NCBI GenBank assembly: GCA_040398005.1 | Contig: JBBAUX010000003.1 | Span: forward strand, 1 to 14,280 | From: Opitutales bacterium | GTDB taxonomy: Bacteria > Verrucomicrobiota > Verrucomicrobiia > Opitutales > UBA953 | DNA: 14,280 nt | Reading direction: 5' to 3' | Shown here: one piece after another, positions 8,052 to 14,280 of the stretch | Layout of the letters: every line of letters starts with the position of its first letter | Numbering within the stretch: the first letter of the stretch is position 1 | Program-made: the position numbers and the translations under genes | The notes under the pieces: generated by a model | Told to the model about the DNA's origin: nothing | Seen by the model: the letters and a program-made list of their open reading frames with translations, nothing else | Databases searched by the model: none

Positions 8052-8435
8052 ATGAATACCCGCCGAGCTCTTATTGGTTACTTTATTTTCGTCCTCCTCG
8101 CAATGACTTGGGTGTCGTGGTACGCCTGCACGGCTGCCTCAACGAGCTCACTGCCCGAGTACGCGGGCAAAGCCCTTAATGTCGTCGGTGGATATGTCAC
8201 GGTATGCCAAGAGCCCTGGGGTTTAGCCACGATGTTTGATGCTTACTTTGGATTTCTGGCTTTCTGGCTCTATGTTGCCTGGCGCGAAAATAATCATTTT
8301 GTACGCTTCGGCTGGCTGGTGGCGCTGATGTTGCTCGGTAATTTTGCGATCGCGGGCTATGCGCTGAGATGTCTTTTAGGTAATGCAAGCGAATCCGACC
8401 TCACCAAGATATTCTTTACTAAAAAATCCAGCTAA
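8052..8435 (+). CDS. DUF1475 family small membrane protein
   Basis: 127 aa with about three TM segments. PWGLATMFDAYFGFLAFWLYVAWRE and LLGNFAIAGY match the family as recalled. Confidence 0.75.
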   Translation: MNTRRALIGYFIFVLLAMTWVSWYACTAASTSSLPEYAGKALNVVGGYVTVCQEPWGLATMFDAYFGFLAFWLYVAWRENNHFVRFGWLVALMLLGNFAIAGYALRCLLGNASESDLTKIFFTKKSS

Positions 8436-8902
8436 TGAGTCGCATCGCTGGGTGGTTTAAAAGAAAAGTTAAGGATCCGTTGGTAGCGGAACTCAAACAA
8501 GGCATTACCGCCAAAGAGTTAGCATTGGCCTGTGCGGTGAGTTTAGCGATTTCCGTGAATCCATTTATCGGGACGACGACACTCTTATGTCTGTTGGCTG
8601 GAAAAGTTTTCCGGCTCAACCATGTGGTGATGCAGATTATCAATTATTTTAGTTACCCGCTACAGATTGTCTTAATCATCCCCTGGATTCGACTGGGGGA
8701 GAAATTAACTGGAGCGGAAGCTCAGGTGATTGAAATTGCACAAATGCAGGCAGAGTTCAGCCAGTCGTTTGTCGGTTTTGTGACAAAATTCTTCCAAATG
8801 GGTGCACATGCGTTCTTAGGCTGGATTATTGTAGTTCCAGCGGCTACGTGGTTAGTTTATCAGATTCTCTTTCTGATCTTTAAACGCTTCATCACACGCT
8901 AA
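8435..8902 (+). CDS. DUF2062 family membrane protein
   Basis: LKQGITAKELALACAVSLAISVNPFIGTTT...RLN...NYFSYPLQ...IRLGE. TAATG translational coupling to the upstream gene. Confidence 0.8.
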   Translation: MSRIAGWFKRKVKDPLVAELKQGITAKELALACAVSLAISVNPFIGTTTLLCLLAGKVFRLNHVVMQIINYFSYPLQIVLIIPWIRLGEKLTGAEAQVIEIAQMQAEFSQSFVGFVTKFFQMGAHAFLGWIIVVPAATWLVYQILFLIFKRFITR

Positions 8903-8909
8903 AATTAAA

Positions 8910-9710
8910 ATGGTATTTAACCTCGTCATAGAATTTCTACGCCTCCTGTGCTATTCTTTCATCTTTTTCGCAGTCATTTGGTGGGTGGCTAAAGAATTGG
9001 ATAACTGGTCGATCGTGGATGCTTTTTGGGCTTATGGCTTTTCCATTTTGTGTGTTCACTATCTGATTCAACATCCGATTCACTGGAATGATTCGACCAC
9101 CATTTTAATTACATTCGTTTTATTATGGAGCTTCCGCCTCGGCACGCACCTCGCTAAAAGAATTTTTAAGGATATTCGTCACGAAGACGGACGATACATC
9201 AAAATGCGTCAGCAATGGGCTGGGAGATTAAATTCTGAAATGTTTCGGTTCTACATGATTCAAGGGGTTGCTTTAACGTTTCTTTGTACGCCATTTATCT
9301 CCTCTATTTTACACAGTGATAAATCATTACTCCCCATCCACTGGGTGGCCATTGTGGTGACCTTCGTTGCCCTGGTGGGAGAATTCGTGGCCGATCGCCA
9401 ATTAAAAAACTTTAAGTTGAACGCATCGAAGGGTGAAGTTTGTAATACGGGGCTCTGGGCTTGGACGCGGCATCCTAATTATTTCTTCGAGTGGCTAGTC
9501 TGGGTCGGCTTTGCCCTACTCAGTTACAATGATGATTTCTATGCGATCCCGGGCATCATCTGCGCCGGCTTTATGTATTATTTATTAACCAGGGTTACCG
9601 GTGTATCTTTAACGGAAAAGCATCTCAGCGATTCCAAGGGTGAGAATTATAAAATTTACCAGTCCGCCGTCCCCGCCTTTTGGCCTAAAAAACCTAAGCG
9701 CAAAATATAA
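8910..9710 (+). CDS. DUF1295 family membrane protein (steroid 5-alpha-reductase/ICMT-like fold)
   Basis: Motifs NWSIVDAFW, WSFRLGTHL, EDGRY, ADRQLKNFK and GLWAWTRHPNYFFEW. Confidence 0.9.
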   Translation: MVFNLVIEFLRLLCYSFIFFAVIWWVAKELDNWSIVDAFWAYGFSILCVHYLIQHPIHWNDSTTILITFVLLWSFRLGTHLAKRIFKDIRHEDGRYIKMRQQWAGRLNSEMFRFYMIQGVALTFLCTPFISSILHSDKSLLPIHWVAIVVTFVALVGEFVADRQLKNFKLNASKGEVCNTGLWAWTRHPNYFFEWLVWVGFALLSYNDDFYAIPGIICAGFMYYLLTRVTGVSLTEKHLSDSKGENYKIYQSAVPAFWPKKPKRKI

Positions 9711-9718
9711 CCTTAGGT

Positions 9719-9746
9719 TTGCCAGTAGGATTGGCTCCATTAGGGT
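9719..9746 (+). promoter_or_regulatory. Putative leaderless promoter for the second methyltransferase
   Basis: TTGCCA (9719-9724), 16 nt, TAGGGT (9741-9746), 6 nt, then ATG 9753. Confidence 0.5.
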
Positions 9747-9752
9747 GACACC

Positions 9753-10787
9753 ATGCCTTTTATCGACACTTTACTAGGTTGGGATATTTTACCCGATTTT
9801 ATTATCCGCCGAGGCATTCGTAAATTACTGCAGCAGAGATTGAAGGATGAGCGAGCCACGGATCCGGCCGAACGACTCAAAAGAGTTTCTCAATTTGCCG
9901 AAGAACTCAAGAAGTTGCCCGTCGCCATTGAAACCAAGGCGGCTAACGAACAGCACTACGAAGTCCCCGCGGCGTTTTATCAGCTCTGCCTGGGCCCACG
10001 TCTGAAGTACTCTTCTTGTTTTTATCAGCAGGGCGATGAATCCATCAAGGTGGCGGAAGAAGCCATGTTCGAACTGACTTGTACTCGTGCCGAATTAAAA
10101 GACGGGCAGAAGATTCTCGAATTAGGCTGCGGCTGGGGCTCGCTCACCCTGTGGATGGCAGAGAAGTATCCTCAAGCGCAAATCACCAGCGTTTCCAACT
10201 CAGCCTCCCAGCGAGAGTATATTTTAGGTCAGTGCAAGCAGCGTGGATTCAATAATGTCACCGTCATCACGTGTGATATGAATCAATTTTCAATTTCGCC
10301 CGATACGTTTGATCGCGTCGTTTCGGTGGAAATGTTTGAGCACATGAAAAATTGGCAGGAACTGTTTCGTCGGATCAGTACCTGGCTGAAGGCTGAGGGT
10401 AAACTCTTTTTCCACGTCTTCACCCATCGCGACTGCGCTTATCACTTCGAGTCCAAAGACGGTACCGATTGGATGTCGCGCCACTTTTTCACGGGCGGCA
10501 TTATGCCTTCCAATAATTTGCCCACTCACTTTCAGGATAATCTTAAATTAGAAACCCAATGGGAAGTACCCGGGCGACACTACGGGCAAACTGCGGAACA
10601 TTGGCTACAGAATACCGATCAACATCGCGAAAAGGTTTTGCGTATTTTCGCGGAAACCTATGGACCGAAAAAAGCCCGCCAATGGCTGGCTTACTGGCGC
10701 ATCTTTTTTATGTCCTGTGCCGAACTCTGGAATTTCGAAAAAGGCGAGCAGTGGATGGTCTGTCATTATTTAATGACTAAAAAATAA
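9753..10787 (+). CDS. Cfa-related SAM-dependent methyltransferase (short type, coclaurine N-methyltransferase-like)
   Basis: Motifs ANEQHYEVP, LGPRLKYSSC, SAM motif ILELGCGWGS, SVEMFEHM, FFTGGIMPS and WRIFFMSCAEL. Confidence 0.9.
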   Translation: MPFIDTLLGWDILPDFIIRRGIRKLLQQRLKDERATDPAERLKRVSQFAEELKKLPVAIETKAANEQHYEVPAAFYQLCLGPRLKYSSCFYQQGDESIKVAEEAMFELTCTRAELKDGQKILELGCGWGSLTLWMAEKYPQAQITSVSNSASQREYILGQCKQRGFNNVTVITCDMNQFSISPDTFDRVVSVEMFEHMKNWQELFRRISTWLKAEGKLFFHVFTHRDCAYHFESKDGTDWMSRHFFTGGIMPSNNLPTHFQDNLKLETQWEVPGRHYGQTAEHWLQNTDQHREKVLRIFAETYGPKKARQWLAYWRIFFMSCAELWNFEKGEQWMVCHYLMTKK

Positions 10788-10836
10788 TTTCAGATTCCGC
10801 GTTTGCCTTCAATCACTCTTAGGTTTTGGCTGAAGC

Positions 10837-11766
10837 ATGGAAAAATTTACTGTAAATAATGTTCCCATGGAGCGGTGGACGGTTGGGGCATCCACTTATC
10901 AAACCTGCCTCACTCGCGGAGCTAGACTCATCCACTGGAAATTAACTTTGCCGACGGGGGTAAGAAATATTCTCCACTGGCCCGAGGGTGCTGATTTTGC
11001 TCAAGATAAAATCGGTTTAGTGCGTGGCGGAAACCCGATCCTCTTCCCTTTCATGGGTCGCAATTACGCCGACGGAGAAAAGTTTTTCTGGAAAGACGAT
11101 GCAGGGGTCAAACGTCCTATGCCTCAGCACGGCTTTGCGCGGGATTGTGAATTCGAATTTATCGAAACCAGCGATAAACATGCTCTACTTCGCTTAGTGC
11201 CTAATGCTCGCGCGGAAGCTTGTTATCCTTTTAAATATGAATTCCGGGTGAGGTATGAGTTCCGCGAATTATTTGTGCGTTGCACATTCGAGTTCGAAAA
11301 TCGCGATCAACAGCCGCTGCCATGGTGTGCCGGACATCACTTCTACTTCACTTTACCATGGCATAAGGGTTTAAGTCGCAGCGATTACACCATTAAGATT
11401 CCCTCCAAAAAACAATGGCGACATGCGGCCGATGGAAAACTCATTCCGTTTGCGGATCTTAAAGGGGCCAACGAATTCACTTTCGATAATCCCGGACTAC
11501 CCGATTGCATCTTTACCAATCTCAAAGATGCGCTGGTTGTCTTTGGTCCAAAGTCCGGCGAAGAAAATATTTCGGTGAAAGTCGGCGAAGAACCCATACC
11601 CGACAGTTGGGCGGCCGTAGTCACATGGACGCCTGATGCGGAAGCGCCGTTCTATTGCGTCGAACCTTGGATGGGCCCACCCAATAGCACTGAGCATAAA
11701 AATGGGCTCCGTTTTGCGGAGCCCGGTCGGACAGAAACTTTTGTTACCGAAGTTTCCTTACTCTGA
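10837..11766 (+). CDS. Aldose 1-epimerase / galactose mutarotase-like protein
   Basis: Motifs VRGGNPILFPFMGR, MPQHGFAR, YPFKY, GHHFYF and FYCVEPW. Confidence 0.9.
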   Translation: MEKFTVNNVPMERWTVGASTYQTCLTRGARLIHWKLTLPTGVRNILHWPEGADFAQDKIGLVRGGNPILFPFMGRNYADGEKFFWKDDAGVKRPMPQHGFARDCEFEFIETSDKHALLRLVPNARAEACYPFKYEFRVRYEFRELFVRCTFEFENRDQQPLPWCAGHHFYFTLPWHKGLSRSDYTIKIPSKKQWRHAADGKLIPFADLKGANEFTFDNPGLPDCIFTNLKDALVVFGPKSGEENISVKVGEEPIPDSWAAVVTWTPDAEAPFYCVEPWMGPPNSTEHKNGLRFAEPGRTETFVTEVSLL

Positions 11767-11787
11767 TTTTAATCAGGTCGTAAGAAA

Positions 11788-12018
11788 TTACTTCTGGCTC
11801 GAACTGTTCAGAGGCAACTTGCCTTTGGACTTCTTGGTGGAAGTCGACTTAGTCGTTGAGCCTGATGATGGGCTCAGAGGAGTCAGCGTATCAAAAGCAG
11901 GGGCGTTACCGAAACCCGAGAGACCGGTGTCAGTAACAGGGCTAGGACCTTTTTCAGGGCCCATGCAGCCTACTAAAGTGAAAGTGAGTACAGAAAGAAC
12001 GAACAGTTTGCGTGCCAT
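11788..12018 (-). CDS. Small hypothetical lipoprotein
   Basis: 76 aa. MARK, a hydrophobic stretch and lipobox LVG-C18, then a Ser/Thr/Lys-rich tail. Fills the gap between neighbours without overlap. Confidence 0.7.
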   Translation of the reverse strand: MARKLFVLSVLTFTLVGCMGPEKGPSPVTDTGLSGFGNAPAFDTLTPLSPSSGSTTKSTSTKKSKGKLPLNSSSQK

Positions 12019-12068
12019 GGCGATTTAGTTATGTTCACGAACTCTACTAACGATGCCCTCCCGCACAA
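12008..12068. promoter_or_regulatory. Putative overlapping divergent promoters (lipoprotein / phosphatase)
   Basis: Plus strand: TTGCGT (12008-12013)-16-TATGTT (12030-12035). Minus strand: TTGTGC (12068-12063)-16-TAGAGT (12046-12041). Confidence 0.5.
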
Positions 12069-12520
12069 GCGCAGATTACAAGGAAACCCTAGTTCTATTC
12101 ATTTGTACTGGGAATTTCTACCGAAGTCGCCACGCCGAGGCTATTTTTAATTGGCATGCCCTCGAAAAGGGCCTGTCAGCAAGGGCATTTTCCCGGGGGT
12201 TACTGACCTCTATTGTCGCCGACGAGCCTACCCTGATCTCGACCGATACGCATGAGCGTCTCACCACTCTGGGCGTCCCCCTGGAGCTCACGGGCCGTGC
12301 GCCCGTACAACTTCAACTCGACGACTTAGAAAAAGCCCACCACATCGTGGCGCTTAAAAAAGATGAGCATTACGAGATGATGCAAAGTTCACATCCTGAG
12401 TGGGCCGACAAAATTCATTACTGGCATTTTCATGACATCGACTTCGAAGAGCCACAAACAGTTCTACCCAAGATTGAAGACGAAGTCCGCAATCTGGTAG
12501 AAAAAATTAAGCTACTTTAA
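12053..12520 (+). CDS. Low-molecular-weight protein-tyrosine phosphatase / ArsC-fold protein
   Basis: N-terminal P-loop VLFICTGNFYRS (CX5RS), then AEAIFN, SRG and a C-terminal WHFHDID. 155 aa. Confidence 0.85.
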   Translation: MPSRTSADYKETLVLFICTGNFYRSRHAEAIFNWHALEKGLSARAFSRGLLTSIVADEPTLISTDTHERLTTLGVPLELTGRAPVQLQLDDLEKAHHIVALKKDEHYEMMQSSHPEWADKIHYWHFHDIDFEEPQTVLPKIEDEVRNLVEKIKLL

Positions 12521-13708
12521 TTAAGCAATCGCTGCAGCGTCGGAGCGACGGAGCGATTCTAGAATTTCCGCAGCTTTATTGAGTAAGCCCTGTAACTCAT
12601 CTAAAGTATCTTTACCGACGTCGGCCTTCGTGATGGCGAGTTCTTTTAAGGCTTCAGCACGGACCGCTAAATCTTTGGCCAAGTTATCTGCGGCGGCGAT
12701 GGTCGAAGCTTTGACTTCGCGGGTGCGCGCATCGAAGCGACTCACGATTTTTTCGACATCCATACCGAGTGTACGACTCTTCTCTTTAAGCTCGGCAGCG
12801 AGAATTCGAGAGTCAGAAACACGGCGTAAATCTTGAACTAAACCGACTTTGGATAAGGTCCAGATAATCCATTTAGTAGGATCGAACTGCCAACCTTTAA
12901 CACCATTGCGGTAATCGTGTTGGAATTCGTGGTGATAGTTATGGTAGCCTTCACCGAAGGTTAATAACGCCACCCAACCGCTATCGCGCGCACTGTGGTC
13001 GCGGGAATAAGGCTGACGGCCAAACATGTGACAGAGTGAGTTAATGCAGAACGTGCCTTGTTGAACAATCACGGTGCGGAGTAATCCGGCGATCAAGAAG
13101 CAACCCAACGCGGTCATCCCTGGATTACTAAAGCCCATCGCCCAGCCGTAGGCGTAGCCCAGGATTGAAGGCAGAACGAACCCGATGAAGGCTGCAATCC
13201 ACTGCACATAGTTGTGTTGCCACATCACTAAGGGATCGGCTTCTAAGTCTTTAACATTAGTAACCGGTGGCTTTGGTTTTAGGCGGAAGAGCAACCAGCC
13301 AATGTGGGCGTAGAAGAAACCCTTGGAGATATCATAAGGATCTTCGTCTTCATCGACGTGTTTATGGTGGACGCGGTGATCGGCGCTCCAATCGTGGGCC
13401 GAATTTTCAAAGGAAGCGGCACCGAACAGGAGAACGAACAACTTTACTGGCCACTTGGCCTTAAAGGAAATGTGTGAGAATAGGCGGTGGTAGCCGAGGG
13501 TGATACCAAAGCCCGTCGCGTAGTAGTAAAATACGAATAAAGCCCAGATAAAGCCCCAACCTTGAACCTTATTAGCAGCATCGACCGGCAGGTTGTACTG
13601 GGTCCACAGGAACCAAGGTACAACCGTGAGCGAGAGGAGCGCGGTGGTTATCAAGAAGATGGAAGTTACCCATTCGATGCGGTAAATTGGAAAGTTCTTA
13701 AACTTCAT
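12521..13708 (-). CDS. Delta-9 (stearoyl-CoA-type) fatty acid desaturase with C-terminal helical extension
   Basis: His boxes GYHRLFSH, DHRVHH and GEGYHNYHH, plus DYRNG and FDPTKW. Charged helical C-tail of about 95 aa. Confidence 0.95.
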   Translation of the reverse strand: MKFKNFPIYRIEWVTSIFLITTALLSLTVVPWFLWTQYNLPVDAANKVQGWGFIWALFVFYYYATGFGITLGYHRLFSHISFKAKWPVKLFVLLFGAASFENSAHDWSADHRVHHKHVDEDEDPYDISKGFFYAHIGWLLFRLKPKPPVTNVKDLEADPLVMWQHNYVQWIAAFIGFVLPSILGYAYGWAMGFSNPGMTALGCFLIAGLLRTVIVQQGTFCINSLCHMFGRQPYSRDHSARDSGWVALLTFGEGYHNYHHEFQHDYRNGVKGWQFDPTKWIIWTLSKVGLVQDLRRVSDSRILAAELKEKSRTLGMDVEKIVSRFDARTREVKASTIAAADNLAKDLAVRAEALKELAITKADVGKDTLDELQGLLNKAAEILESLRRSDAAAIA

Positions 13709-13812
13709 ATATTCCGCGAGTGTGTGAGGTCTTTGCTCAAATGCGAGCGGAATTGACTGTTTTCAGGGTCCCTCAATTAAAGCCCAAATAGGCTAAAATT
13801 AGTAAATTAGAT

Positions 13813-13835
13813 GATAAAAAAGTGTGTTTTTTATC
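13813..13835. promoter_or_regulatory. Perfect 9-bp AT-rich inverted repeat (possible operator)
   Basis: GATAAAAAA-GTGTG-TTTTTTATC, between the hypothetical gene stop and the desaturase start. Confidence 0.4.
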
Positions 13836-13845
13836 GAAACCAAAA

Positions 13846-14280
13846 TTATCCACGACGGCGGCCGAGAGAATTTTTTACCGCAATCACGCGAACGGGTTCG
13901 CGCGTCTTAATCCAAACATTATTCTCTTTTAGAAGTTTTCCGGGCAAACTTTGGCAGGCATCACCAAAACTTGCGACCGGTAAGCGCTGCCCTTTCGGCG
14001 TACCATTAAATACTCCTGCTACTTCCGTAATTTTTTGGGCAGCTTCGCGTGGATCGTCGTCTTCCAAAATTTGTACCACCCAGCCCACTAGGTCTTTCGG
14101 TAAACCACCTTCGGGTTCGCTGATTAAAACCAGGTGCTGTTTCTTTGCTGGCTTTTCGCGCTCGATGGCGCCTTCGGCCACGACCTCGCGGATTTGGTTT
14201 AAGATTTCCGCTGCTACGCGAACATCGATGCCGTTTTCCTTGAGGATCTTTTGGACGACTTCTATATCTACTTTGGCCAT
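13846..14280 (-). CDS. Hypothetical cytoplasmic protein
   Basis: 144-aa ORF with a natural globular-looking composition. The ATG falls exactly at the window edge, so the true start may lie further upstream. Confidence 0.75.
   Translation of the reverse strand: MAKVDIEVVQKILKENGIDVRVAAEILNQIREVVAEGAIEREKPAKKQHLVLISEPEGGLPKDLVGWVVQILEDDDPREAAQKITEVAGVFNGTPKGQRLPVASFGDACQSLPGKLLKENNVWIKTREPVRVIAVKNSLGRRRG

Noticed and set aside
9712..10826. CTTAGGTTT repeated in two consecutive intergenic regions (9712-9720 and 10818-10826)
   Set aside because: Only 9 bp, at different distances from the start codons, and a near-identical string occurs inside a CDS at about 54-61. Chance cannot be excluded.
11763..11776. 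Palindrome CTGATT-TT-AATCAG between convergent genes as a terminator
   Set aside because: The stem is short and AT-rich with a 2-nt loop and no adjacent U-tract.
139..13756. Short alternative-frame or antisense ORFs in the track (e.g. 139..399, 293..640, 4307..4633, 5518..5841, 10290..10529, 11636..12028, 12579..12836)
   Set aside because: They are shadows of well-supported genes and have no recognisable motifs.

Overview
This is a gene-dense bacterial chromosomal window with about 15 CDS and no rRNA, tRNA, CRISPR array or recognisable mobile element. Gene content loosely suggests a Verrucomicrobiota/PVC-type genome (inference only). At the left, on the minus strand, are an ECF sigma factor, a membrane anti-sigma candidate and a secreted protease-less PDZ protein. 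Divergent from them is a membrane-lipid modification cluster: delta-9-type desaturase, FAD oxidoreductase (COG2907/UfaD-like), DUF1365 (UfaO-like), Cfa/UfaM-like methyltransferase, DUF1475, DUF2062, DUF1295 and a second Cfa-like methyltransferase. It resembles an expanded methylated furan fatty acid pathway and is split by an antisense GIDE/BAM-LemA fusion gene. To the right are an aldose 1-epimerase family gene, a small lipoprotein, an LMW-phosphatase-fold gene, a second desaturase and a hypothetical gene. Non-coding signals include a dispersed 38-bp G-rich octamer repeat, a recurring TTGC promoter-like box lying 34-35 nt before five start codons, and a motif shared upstream of the sigma and PDZ genes.
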